DNA from: Phoronis australis
Lineage: Eukaryota > Animalia > Phoronida
Assembly (NCBI GenBank): GCA_002633005.1
Contig: NMRA01000100.1
Span: 618,603 to 659,023, forward strand
Length of the DNA: 40,421 nucleotides
Reading direction: 5' to 3'
The stretch's first letter is position 1; every line of letters starts with the position of its first letter. Below the pieces are notes generated by a model that made no database searches, was not told where the DNA came from, and worked only from the letters and a program-made list of their open reading frames with translations. The position numbers and the translations under genes are program-made. This document shows, in pieces, positions 25,023-37,204 of the stretch.

Positions 25023-25905
25023 ATTACTTGGTAAAATTAAATTTCTCCAAGTATGACTGCTTGGTCATACAATTTTTTGTTTGTTTCTTTATTTGCAAGC
25101 TATAGATCGCAATTCTTATCGGATCAATGTGAAATTTACACGTAGCCTCCTGAATGCCGTGAAGCCTGTTTTTATTGATTGAAATCTGGTTCAAGATGGT
25201 GCTGTGGTGACCATTTTCCAATTTTTTTCGTTTCCAGAGCCATAGCTCCACTATTTCTGGTCGAATTTTTCTGTTGTTTTGGATAGGTCATCAAAAGCGC
25301 TATTGGCAGTGTCTTATTTGACTTTTTCTAGGTCTTACCATTCTTGAGTCATTTGAGATTTTCCGACGACTAGTTTTCAAAATTATTGAGCTTTTGTGCT
25401 GTATCTTCTGCGTTCTTTGATGGATTTCTCTGAAATTTGGTATGTGGATAGGTCTTTTCAAGTGCTATCAGCATTGTGAAACCCGTTTCTTGCTACAACT
25501 TATTGTTCTCTTGATATTCAAGGTTTACTGCTCACGTCACTGACTGCTCTTTTGTTGATGTTATTTATAGCTGCACTTTGTTAGCCTATGAAATTTGTGC
25601 TAAATGTTGCATTTTTCGTCTGATCGACATGAAATTTATGCTCAGTGTTTCCTTAGTCAATAGCCCAAGGATTTCTGTTCTTGGGTGAAATCGGCCGCAA
25701 GATGGCGCTGTGACGGCCATTTTGTGAATTATGTTTGCGGACCTCTACTCCGCAATCCTTTAACTGAAACCTTTCAAATTTAATTAGTAATAAATCTCAT
25801 CAAGTGCTATCTAAAACGTTAGTTTCACCTTCCAGCTCACTTTTAAATTTTTAATTGATTTCATCAAGTGTCACTCCTGAGTTAATCCGCTTGGAAATAA
25901 TTGTT
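25023..25905 (+). mobile_element. Second Helentron/HINE-like element
   Basis: 5' hairpin ACTTGGTAAAAT...ATTTCTCCAAGT. 3' subTIR-like ATTTCATCAAGT (25858-25869) followed by an ACTC-CT-GAGT stem-loop. Internal repeated GAAATTT and CAAGATGG...CCATTTT motifs as in 19110-20312. Confidence 0.5.
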
Positions 25906-26053
25906 TAATATATGGTAATTTTTCAATTTTCAAAGATTGTTTTCAATGTAATGTTATGCTCTCGCACTGTGGAGTGAGTGTCCCACTATGGTCAGGCCTT
26001 TCAGAACAGAGGCAGCATACTTAACGCGATTATATTGTTTCTTTCCCATACAG

Positions 26054-26162
26054 ATCTTCTCCCTTAACAGGAATCCAAACTTCTTTGTACACATGGAAAC
26101 CGCGAATCGAAGACTTGACCAGTGTTAAAAGCATGTGCCCAAGAAGTGCGCGCTACATACAT
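26054..26162 (+). other. Candidate exon, 109 nt
   Basis: Acceptor TTGTTTCTTTCCCATACAG| and donor CAT|GTAAGC. One open frame (SSPLTGIQTSLYTWKPRIEDLTSVKSMCPRSARYIH) ends in phase 0. No recognisable homology. Confidence 0.25.
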
Positions 26163-26931
26163 GTAAGCCTACCTGTCATTGGCAACTACATGAAACGGGT
26201 AGCATAGCATTGGCTAGAAATAAATATTGGCACTAATTTCCAAAAGTTTTTGATAACGTAAAAACTTTTGTTTATGCGTTATTTTTAAGAGGAACTATTT
26301 AATTAATCATAACTGGTCTTTTTAAAGTCAAATATCTGATAAAATGACCCGCTGATATCGAACACTTCCGCACCCTGACTCGAATATCCTAGTCTCCTTG
26401 ATTGCATTTACTCTGGCAAATGAACTCGGATGACACACACACGCTCGCTCACTCAGCACACACGCAGACGAACTTCAAAACAAACATCACGTGACAACAA
26501 CGTGTGTTTGTCCAGATTTTTCTCGTGTTCAGAGGGGTGAGATCTCGCGCAAATTCGGACTTAATCTGCAGTTATAAATCCCGACTCCAGTCCACAGGAA
26601 CTTAAAAATCTTAGAAGACTTAAGGAGAATTTTAGGTAATTTGTTGAGTCTAAACTCTATTATTATTCAATGATTGAAGTTGCCCTATCGACGATCGCAA
26701 GGCAGTGACGCAACAGTTGGTGAGCTTTCGCCATGGGATTCCGAAACAATTTTTTGAAAAAGGATCATAATTTAACAAGGAAGTTTGATAGCAGTGCACC
26801 ACAATTCTGTGGAAAGTCTGTCATAGGTTACAGGTATGTCACAGAGCATATATTTGATGAGTCCTAGCTTCCGATTTCACCCTTTTTGGAGACCGGGTTT
26901 CGACCGCCTTAGGCTACGGCACCTCCCCCCT

Positions 26932-27968
26932 CATGTCGTGAACACATCCACTAAAACAAGAAACTGTAGGAACACTGCATTTATCCACCTTCACTCTTAT
27001 CAGGCTTCTATTGTGAGTCAGCATGCGTGAATAATTGGCTGATAAGCCACCTCTGGAACGACTTTTGGCTGAATGGATGACCAGGCCATAAAATGATAAT
27101 TAGCCAAGACCAGTTACTATAATACAACAAAGAATAATGTCTTGCATCACCTAGCCTTGGTGGAANNNNNNNNNNNNNNNNNNNNNNNNNNNNNNNNNNN
27201 NNNNNNNNNNNNNNNNNNNNNNNNNNNNNNNNNNNNNNNNNNNNNNNNNNNNNNNNNNNNNNNNNNNNNNNNNNNNNNNNNNNNNNNNNNNNNNNNNNNN
27301 NNNNNNNNNNNNNNNNNNNNNNNNNNNNNNNNNNNNNNNNNNNNNNNNNNNNNNNNNNNNNNNNNNNNNNNNNNNNNNNNNNNNNNNNNNNNNNNNNNNN
27401 NNNNNNNNNNNNNNNNNNNNNNNNNNNNNNNNNNNNNNNNNNNNNNNNNNNNNNNNNNNNNNNNNNNNNNNNNNNNNNNNNNNNNNNNNNNNNNNNNNNN
27501 NNNNNNNNNNNNNNNNNNNNNNNNNNNNNNNNNNNNNNNNNNNNNNNNNNNNNNNNNNNNNNNNNNNNNNNNNNNNNNNNNNGCTCGCCGAATGAAAGTA
27601 ATCGTGAGTGTTGCTGTGTTGCAAAATCTCTTATCCTGGGCCGATTTGAAAAATTCAAAGTTGTACTCATATTTGTTTTCGCTCCTCTTTTCAAATATTA
27701 ACAGTAAAAACTACGTAAAGCTCTCTCCATAAAAAGTACAGTCTGCTAGCTAGATTGCAATCAGCTGATCATATCCGCATGAGCGAAGCCAATTATCCTC
27801 GCTCATGACTCGATGACTAGAGCTGCTTTGCGGCATCCCTTTGATCGTGAGCCGAGTGCGACTCAGCCAAGGTGGATAAATACGGTCGTTAAATTTTCCA
27901 TACCCCACCGTTTACCTTAACCACTGGGGTTAGGACCAATCTTATTTAGTGGGAATGTTCATAGCATG
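26932..27968 (+). mobile_element. Family A element, ~1 kb, centre in the assembly gap
   Basis: Ends are CATGTCGTGAACACATCCACTAAAACAAGA and TCTTATTTAGTGGGAATGTTCATAGCATG. A perfect 13-bp subterminal inverted repeat is ATTTATCCACCTT (26979-26991) / AAGGTGGATAAAT (27869-27881). Confidence 0.85.
27166..27582. other. Assembly gap (417 N)
   Basis: Run of N. Confidence 1.
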
Positions 27969-28419
27969 TGAAACGAATTTTCGAAGCTCCTTGGGCACTT
28001 ATTAGGGCGAATACAGTATTTCCAAAGGGCAAGTATCATGAAGAAGGTGTGTGTTTTATGAAATGTTACCACCAAACAAAACTTCAAACAGAGAAAAAAG
28101 CAACGGTTGAGTTTCCAAGAAATTAGAATTAACTTTCAGCTGCTGAGTCCTTTGTGTGACTGTAAGCTGTGAGCCAGCTCACTACCACAGCATTACAATC
28201 ACAAGCTTGTTTGTCAAGTTTAATCAATCCTGATACTAGATCAGATGATGATGGGAATTTCTTGGTACAGTCCAGGGGAATGGAGCGTAACGAATTTACC
28301 ACTTATGGTATGATAGTTTATCACTGCTACATATCCAGTCCCAGTGTACCCTTTTCCTCACACTCATTCACCCATGCAACCACAGTGTATAGCGTATGAA
28401 TCATGGAAGGAGTCCTGTA

Positions 28420-28620
28420 AAGCCCACCTCCTTCCGTAACCACGTCGTCCCATAGTGGAAGCATGATCACCCATCAGTGTGAAACAATTGTAGTAAAAAG
28501 TCACATGCTTCATTTGCTCCATATATTTATAGCTGTAAACTAGATTGGTAAGATCCAACAAAAGTTGGTTACTAATACCGTACTCACAAGCTCCGCCTCC
28601 TTGTGAAAAGTCATGTGATA
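28420..28620 (+). promoter_or_regulatory. Candidate promoter
   Basis: GCCCACCTCC, GTCACATG (28500-28507), reverse CCAAT (ATTGG 28544-28548), GC box GCTCCGCCTCC (28590-28600) and GTCATGTGA (28610-28618). These are followed by CpG-rich non-repetitive sequence and a possible donor CAG|GTAAAG after 29048. Confidence 0.35.
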
Positions 28621-30149
28621 TGCGACAAACAAACACGATGTCAGAAGCAAATACACAGTGGCGAAACGACGTTCCTGGTGGAATTGATGAGTGTTTTTTG
28701 CACTTTCCGAAAACGCTTCAACAAAGACAACAGGTGCAATTTTCAGCTGAAAATCGTACGTTCATGACTTGGGAATTTGTAAAGCTGCAACGATTTGTTC
28801 GAGGAAAAGTATTTCGGAGCCAGCGAAAATCCGAAGAACCCCACACGGGGTTCACCTTCACTTGAAAACTGACAAGGCCTGATCCGATATGTTCATGTAA
28901 AACTGGATATTAAAGTTGAATTATCTATACAATGCCATACTAGTAGATTTCAGAATATTTCGAACAAAATCAGTGAAGATTTTTTTATTCTGCCATCTGC
29001 TAAATTCCACCAAATGAAAAGTAGGTCACAACTTATTGTATTCTCCAGGTAAAGTTGTAGCACTGTTTATACTTTTCTAATCGTTGAGCGAAATATTCTG
29101 ATTAAAAAATCATGTTCATAGCTCACGCACATACTCGTCTTATCCAAGGCAAGCAGTTAGCTCCGGTAGGTCTAGGGCTGTGTCCAAAACTCAAATTAAC
29201 GCATGAAGTTGGCCGTCAGTGCACCATATAGATCAACCTTCTGATGAACTTCATATTTTTTGTAGTTTCATTGCATAAAGGTAGTTTGCATTTAATTTTA
29301 AACGTAACATTGATCACAAAGCTGTGGTATGTTAACAAAAATGGCAAGTCTGTAGTGGCAAAAAGTGGTCATTTGCAAAAATAACTAAAATTGTTTTTAA
29401 AGCTTAATAAATCCAAGTGTCTGAACAACTACAAAATGAGTTCTCCTTAACTCTACAGGCGTAGTGTATACCACAAGATCTCATCAAAAGTAATTCAACA
29501 GTTTATTTTTTGTGACAGCTCAAACAGGCTTTAAGTTCAGTAGTCTAGTGCCCTCCCAGCATGCGCCGATCGAATCTTTCAATTTTGGTGAGAAGTTCAG
29601 TTGAATGCCAGCCTACGAGTATATGAATAACAAAAAGTGTACCTGTGCTACGAAACAGAATGATGTCTGTTATAGGTCGAAGTAAATCAGACAGGCCTGC
29701 AGTATAGCCACCAAACTGAAAAGTACATATCTTTGAACAAATATATTAATTGTATGTTTAACCTTCGAGTATGAGCAACATTGTTAAGTTTAGCTGCTCG
29801 TGTGGCCGTCCACACAGTTTGATTCGTCTTTTACCGTGACAGTTGACAACACTTTTCGGCTTAGGAAATGCTAAAAAAAATGACGGGATATTCTTTTAGA
29901 GCTATATAGTGGCTGACTCAGAGCTACATGCGCCATATCAACACCATTTCACTATTCTTGTATCGCAAAATTTTTCGAGTTATAGACTAAAATAAGCTTT
30001 ACCTACAATTACATTGTTTGTCAGGTAAAATGGCGGCTTGGAAACGCAAACGAAGGTGTGTCAAGAATGCTGCGTTCTGATAGGTTAGTTAAGCCGTAGC
30101 GCATAATCCTGGCGAGAGGTCAAACTTGAAACTCAAAAAACGGTGGGCA

Positions 30150-30525
30150 GCAAGCCAAGCATGGGCGCTTAAAAACAAACGTTTTGGAGAAGTCAGGGAT
30201 GGGCGCTTACCCGAACGGTCAATCAGTTTCATGCAAAGGTTGTTATAATTACATCTGACTTCATATCAGCAGATTGTAGACAATGCAGAATGGCCTTAAC
30301 TTCTAAAATGGAATGATCTTGCATTTTAGGTGCTAAAATTTGCGTGAGACAGACGTTTGCAAAGACATGGGCGCTTTCAAAGGAGTCTCGGTTGTATAAA
30401 TTGGGGGTTGATGTTGAAGCAAGGATGGGCATTTAAAAGTGAAAATTTGGAAATTTCGGGGTGGGGGTAAGCTTATAGCATGTGCGCTAAATTCGAACAT
30501 GGGTGCTAACCCGGACAAGTACTTT
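30150..30525 (+). mobile_element. Degenerate Tc2-like MITE fragment
   Basis: Repeated ATGGGCGCTT motifs ending ATGGGTGCTAACCCGGACAAGTAC, similar to family B terminal motifs. Confidence 0.35.
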
Positions 30526-31696
30526 AAGCTACCAGTGTCACCCATATTTTGACCACTGTCTGGTTGAAACATTTGCCAACAGTTTGAACTTACACATTTC
30601 GTTAACATGAAGTTGACTCAAGCTGGGTGATTTTTAAAAAATTCCGAGTAATTTGTACGGTAAGGCTCCACTTATTTTATTCAAGAATAATTGCCAAAAT
30701 TGGTATTTTTCATTTTCGAAGGCTGATTACATCACTACAAATAGTGGAAATATTACCAAATGTCGTTTTGTGACATCTACACTGTACAGATTGTGTTAGC
30801 AACAGATTAGATTTTTGTAATCTTTATTTTTTGAAGAAGTTTGACAAAATGTAATTTTAATTGTCGACAACGTGACTGCTGGATGTGTTAAGATTTGCCA
30901 TAGCTTGATTTTGCTGCTCTGAAACTTTCGAATGCTGGAAACAGTCAGTCATATAGGAACATTTTAAGTACGTAGTACAATCTTGTTTGATTCTTTGGCA
31001 TTTTTTACAAGATCTCATGTGGAAAACACCTTTTGTGTCATATTTAGGTGAGGTAATGCAGGTGTGCAGTTTTACTCAATGGTTTATTTATCATGTTTTA
31101 TCACAGAACAGCTTAGTTTTATGTCACAGTTCCCTGTGTGTGGTAGTTGAGATTCCGCATACTTGTTTATGCAACTGAATCACCATGAGACACTATAAAG
31201 TGGATTTGTTGAGTATGGACTTATGTTGTGGTTCAGTTTAAACCTGTGAATTGGTATGAATGTGTTACCTATGAAGGACCTTGTGAGCTCTATAAAGACA
31301 TTGAAGGTACTAACATTAGACTGACCTGCCAGTGACTTACTGCTGTAAAATTTGTCTCAGCTTGTTCCAAACTCAGTCGAGAAACGATGTTTGGTCTTCT
31401 TAAGAACTTACAGTTGGTTATTGCTCGAGATCCACGGAGAATGAATTGTAAAACCTTATCTCGAGCAATAACCAACTGTTAGGTCTTTCCAAGCCCAGAA
31501 ATCAGTCCTATTTTGACTAAGGAACAGTTATTTTGGACCAAATTTCACAATGGTAATGCTCTAAATCAACCGTTTGTTTTGGGACAGAAGGCTAGGCTTT
31601 AATGCCCCATAAGTTTTTGTCTGAAATGTCCAAAACTGATACAAGCCAGTTTTAGAATGTTTCTAAATGAAAGTCAACATCAGTCTAGCTGTGCTT

Positions 31697-32051
31697 CATG
31701 CTATGAACATTCCCACTAAATAAAATTGGTTCTAACCCCGGTGTTTAAGGTACACGGCGGGGTATGGAAAATTGAACTAGACCGTATTTATCCACCTTGG
31801 CCGAGACGCGCTCGGCTCATGCTCAAAGGAATGCCGCCAAGCTGCTCTATTCATCGAGTCACGAGCGAGGATAATTGACTTCGCTCATGCGGATATGATC
31901 AGCTGATTACAGTCTAGCCTAACAACTGTACTTTTTATGGAGAGAATTTTACGTAGTTTTTACTGTAATATTTGAAAAGAGGNTAAGAGTGAAGGTGGAT
32001 AAATGCGGTGTTCCTACAGTTTCTTGTTTTAGTGGATGTGTTCACGACATG
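31697..32051 (-). mobile_element. Family A element, both ends, centre collapsed to one N (31983)
   Basis: 31697-31982 is the reverse complement of the right end. 31984-32051 is the reverse complement of the left end (…GTTCACGACATG). Confidence 0.85.
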
Positions 32052-33560
32052 CTTTTTCTTCTAAATGAAGCCTCCAGCAGTCCTGCAGTGCTTTAATGTC
32101 TTCTAAATGAATTATTCACTGGAGATTCAGTCTTGTCCTTAATCACGATGAGATACTAAAGTAAAGTACACTTACAAGTCACTCATCTCAGGAAGATCTG
32201 TTGAGTTAATACCCTAATAGTAACACAGCTACTAATTATTTTGTTTGCAATTGGTAAATATTGTGCCAAGTGTTCAGTGGGCTGTTCAATTAGCGGAAAT
32301 CTGTAATAAATCACCTCATGACAGTGTTGTACAGTCTCATCCTATAAATTATGGGAATATGATTAGTGATTACTGTGCAAGGTTGTTAAGTGTTGCCAGG
32401 ACTTATTAACAGATTGAATTGGACATCTGGGGCCTACTTAATGGTGTAATCTGTGATGCAAATTTGCACTGGTTTATTGGGTGTCCCACAAAATGTTAAC
32501 AAAAATATTCTGGGGTATGAATACCTGAAAATGGTTTTGCATGCTCCTCAGAATGAAAACGTCTCATTTCATTTTTCCATCCTATATTCAAATCAAATAC
32601 CTGTTCTATTGCGCTGTTACGTAACCATTCCCCTGGACTGTTAAAGCCAAGAAATTTCCAGCATCAATGTGTTGTTCGATTTAAACTTGACAAACAAGCA
32701 TATTGTGTTCAGTTGGTACACAATGCTATATGGTAGTTTGCCAGTCAGAACTTGCAGTCACTCAAAGGAATCGGCAGGTGAAAGTTAAGTCTGATTTCTT
32801 TGAAAGTCGACCTTTTTCTGTGTTCGAAGTTTTTTTGGTGGTAGTATTTCATATAAAACACACCTTCACGACAGTTGTTTAACGTAGTTTGGAAGTAGTA
32901 TTTTTAAATATCGATTAACATCAGGCGTGCTGCTTACAGCATACCATTGCTGGATTACGTGAGCTTATCAGATGAATGCCGAGACAATGCATCACATTCT
33001 CCTGCACAGCTTGTTACATATCAAAACCATTTTTAACAGTCAGCTGTGGCTCTTTTTCTAATTTCTGGGAACCATTTGGGCCCATCTATTCATGAATCCA
33101 CAGAGGGTAATCAGACAATCATCTTCTCAGCCACTACCATAAACCCTTTGTTAAGGTGTGTTTAGTTACACTGTTCAGCTGGAAGCCCAGTGTCCCACTC
33201 AGACTCCGAAGCTTCAGGAGTGTTGCCGTAGCCTCGGTGTTGCTGAAGCCTCGATCAATGGGAACACTTAACTTTGGTCTTGAATCAAAGGTTAACAGTG
33301 CAAGTTAAGTCCGGAGTAAAGAGGTGGATTTAACAGCGAATCATTGACTGACGCTATAATTTCAATGCCATCGGAGTTATTGGCAGGAGTCACTGCCAGC
33401 GTTTGCCAACAGCAGTTGGTGACTGGTTACTTTTTGTTAATGTTTTGTTTTAATAATTATTATTTTGGCAGTATAAGCACTGTGTTCCAGTTTATCCATG
33501 TATTTGTTAGATTCTTTAGCTTAAAAAAATCACTGAACGTATAGTGTACACAAAATTAGT

Positions 33561-33803
33561 TCCCACTATGCCATGACGGTGTATTCCTGTTCAGTGACTT
33601 TATCAGACATAGAGGGTTGTGAGCATGTGAAAAATCTAGCTTCTTTGTTAACTGCCAAGCACAGTCTTTTGTCTGGTATGACAACAGGCAGGCCATTTAT
33701 CTACCAGCCTTATTACAGACCACTTGTGAACACAGGCAAACCCAGAGCAAATTTGTATGTTCGGAAAGAATAGATTGTCGTAACTTCGGTTGTAGTTGGG
33801 CGA
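33561..33803 (+). repeat. Dispersed repeat (family C), copy 2
   Basis: Colinear with 18741-18970. Confidence 0.85.
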
Positions 33804-35363
33804 TTTTGGCGATTCAAAAAATAACATGATCATTTGACGAGGATTTCAGAAATGCTATTGGTTTATGTTCAGATATGTTGTAACTTAACTTTTATTTTTA
33901 ACAGCAAAGCCCAGTCAGGCTTATAGATAGATATATTGGAGATTAGAGCAATTATCGAACAAAAGAGAGCTGGCCCTCCAATCATAAATTCCAGAATGGA
34001 GTTAATCAGTCATGCCAAGTGTATAAGATATTGGCTACAGGGGTCATCTTCCCAACTTGTTGTTGGGCTATAGAATCGAACAAGTTGGGAGCAACGGTGA
34101 AAACTCCGTAATGCCATACCACTTTTGTTTGCGTCAACTGTCAGCCTGGTCAAGAGTCAATTTTTTAATGTCATTTTCTAGTAGGTGAGAACTGTTGGCT
34201 GCCTTAGTGAAGTTGACATTCTAGATTTAAATTTGGGAGATTGGAGAGGTGCATGCCATTTTTAATGGCAAATTCAAACACTGATAAATACAGGTAGGCA
34301 TATGACCTAAGGTCATATTAACGCCGTCTCGCGATACCGTCGCTGAACTATAACACCAAAGCTGATGGGAACACTATCGCTTAACTTGGCGGTTGACCAT
34401 AGTTAAATTGCAGCTTTTGTAGTTGTGAACATGGGAAAGGTCTTTAGTACAGTAAATGTATACTACAAAAAGGATTCACAAAGAAATGCTTTCAGTGACG
34501 TTGCATGTTAATTTCGAAAGGCCTATTGTGTGCCAGGGACACCCATGATATACAGCTGCAAAATGCTAAGCCAATATTGGGACTTGTTATACCCTTCAAG
34601 CCCAAACTGTCTGCAAAGCAAACTTTGGGATTCGTGAAATATTAGAAAAACATTCTGAATTCCCAGAAAACCCAGACCGATGTCGGTCAATTTAACAGTT
34701 TTATTCAAGGGATTGTCCAGCTTGGGTTTCAGTCATACAAAGTTTGACTTTTTCAATGCAGGTAACTTTAGTAAATACACTTTCATGACAGCTAGCTGTT
34801 AGCGACATCTTTTGTTTGAAAAATGACTTAGTATATCTGACTACAACCAGCTGGAGCCTGGCTAGGAGAAGGAGTATCTCAAATCCGGTTCGTAATCAAC
34901 TTTCTTCAAATTAAAAAAATGAAAGCAATAGTAGCTTTTCTATGTTTTGAAAGCTCACTCCATGGTTAAAACATTTTGAAATTCTAGCACAAAATGCAAG
35001 CTATGCCAATGCCAAAGCAGACGACATTCAATGTAAAGCAGACGACCCTCAATGTCTTTCGTTAAATAATGTTAGACTTCTGTACACGAATCATTTGAAT
35101 CTCACACCGTATGACAATGGTGATTAGATGGTGTCAGTGGAAGTAAATTTTAAAAAATGTTGTGAAATAACACTTTCAAATTGCCGTCTAAGTTGCATGT
35201 GAAGTGCAGGTGGCATTGCAGGTCTGCCCAACAATGCTTTTTTGCCATTTAAAGCAACACCGACAGCTACTAATTATCACAAATTGACTATTTGGTATCC
35301 CAGTATACCAGCATGCACTGAATGTAACCAATACTGTGAGACCAATTGGCTTTTTTCTTCCAG

Positions 35364-35505
35364 TATGGCATAATGAGAATAGTGCGATCAGTGGAGGAGG
35401 AAGATGTAATCGCTCAGAACACATCGCCAGACGTTGCCTTGGCAACCATCGGTCCAGGGAACTTGACAGTGACTCAGACTATTATTGGCAGAATCAACAC
35501 AACAG
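35364..35505 (+). CDS. Exon of an unidentified single-pass membrane protein (luminal/extracellular segment); probable start ATG at 35373
   Basis: Acceptor CTTTTTTCTTCCAG| and donor CAG|GTATTC. Frame YGIMRIVRSVEEEDVIAQNTSPDVALATIGPGNLTVTQTIIGRINTT has three N-x-S/T sequons. It ends in phase 1, matching the exon at 39120. Confidence 0.65.
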
Positions 35506-35892
35506 GTATTCCCGGTATAATTTGCAGCAAGCACACATTCTTCCTCACTAGGGTTGTGGAACAAATTTAATGGCACAGCGTGCTCCAATGACTTGAACTT
35601 GAAATTCTGGTTATAACAGCTACTACTCTGTGAGTGGAGGATATCGATCAACTCATAATGTAAATGTTATAAGCATGACTAAAACTATAACTTGGTTTGA
35701 TTGGTGTGAACAGTACAAAACTATTGAAGTCATTGCTGATGGGATAATTGCTCTGCTCCCTAACAACCATGCAATGGTGGTATTGTTGGCTTGTTGTGGT
35801 TATTGGATCTTGTACATGTACTTATTTATTGACAATTAGAACTTGGTGCACTTGAATGGGCATGTTTGCAATGATCAAAATAAACTTAGATG

Positions 35893-37204
35893 CCGTATTT
35901 GCCCTAATAAGCGTCCAAAAAAAATTTGCTTCAGGAATTCTTGAGTAAAAATATAGTTGTGGTTCAACAAATTACCTGAAGTCCTCCTTAAGTTTTCAAA
36001 ATAGCGTCCCTAAGATTTTTAGGTTCCTGTGGAGTTGGGATTAACAGCGATATCAAGTGATCCAAATATGCGTTAGGTCGTATAACGATCTAGGTGTTCG
36101 TAACTTAGGAAAACTGTTTAGCAGAACATGTTTTATTTAGCACTTGTTGATCTCATCTGCTATAAAAACGTTTGAGAATTGTCTTGGTAAGGCCGATGTC
36201 ATTGAGTCGCCGAGTGACTGGATGCGTGACTGTCTTAACAGTTATTTTTCAGAAGATTTAGGGGGTGTAAATTTTTTTTGACTAATATAGTAATTCCCCC
36301 TTAAAAAACCCGCAAACATTTTTTACGGTATTAGAAACATTCGGAAGTAAGTGCCAGTATTTATTTCTTTCCAATGCCATGCTACCCGTATCATGAATAG
36401 ATAGTTCCCGAAGACTAATCTTCGATGACAGGTGCTTGTAGCGCACGCTTCTTGGCCATGTGCTTTTAACTGAACAAAAGTCAAGTTTTTATTAGTTTTT
36501 GATTTGCGCTTGCGTTGTTTTTGAAGCACGGCGGAAGTTTGAAGTGAAAAGTCACGGCTAAGTACCTTACATAGCGGCGGGGCTCGTGGTCTACAAATTC
36601 CGCACACAATGGTTCTTTTAGAACTGTTGGACATTATTGATAAATTGAAGACGTTACTGTAGAATTTTAGGACTGTAGGTAAGGCATTTTTCGCATGTAC
36701 ACGGTGTTCATGGACTGGGCGCTTATTTTAGCCATGTCTGAAAACGCGTGAGGTGCATTTATAGGGGCATGGGTGCTAATTAATGGACTTAAGCTGCTGT
36801 TAATTCTGACTCCACAAGAACTTAAAAATTTAAGGACGCTATTTGGAAACGTTAAATGAGGATTTCAGGTGATTTGATAAGTCGAAATTATATTTTTGTT
36901 CAAGTTGCCATATCACCAATTGCGAGGCAGTGATGCATCAGCGCATTTTTGCCCTGGTATTTCAGCACAATTTTGTGTAAAATGATTTAATTTAACAATG
37001 AAGAGTGACAGCAATGCTACCCAGTCTTGTACAAAATCTGTCATAGGGTTACAGATACGTAACAAAACGTAAATTTGATCATTACTAGCTTCCGATTTTA
37101 CCTGGTTTCGCAGTCCGGATTTCAACCTCCTTTGGTTACAATAAGGACCCCTCCACTGAAACAAATTTTTCTAAGCGCCCTGGCACTTATTAAGGTGAAT
37201 ACGG
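35893..37204. mobile_element. Family B composite: two oppositely oriented parts bounded by Tc2-like TIRs
   Basis: Left end CCGTATTTGCCCTAATAAGCG and right end CACTTATTAAGGTGAATACGG|TA. Internal arms at about 35940-36050 and 36795-36905 are inverted copies. Confidence 0.7.

Larger units (their letters stand above)
26426..28016 (-). mobile_element. Family B copy interrupted by a family A insertion
   Basis: 26426-26931 is the reverse complement of the B body. It resumes at 27969 (TGAAACGAATTTT...) and ends in the TIR GGGCACTTATTAGGGCGAATACAG|TA, colinear with the uninterrupted 37147-37206. Confidence 0.75.

Noticed and set aside
27008-27732. Long ORFs of 157-228 aa
   Set aside because: Artefacts of translating through the N gap.
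35336-35551. Alternative frame of the 35364 exon (WHNENSAISGGGRCN...)
   Set aside because: It ends in phase 2 and does not join the TM frame of the next exon. The other frame does, and it carries three sequons.
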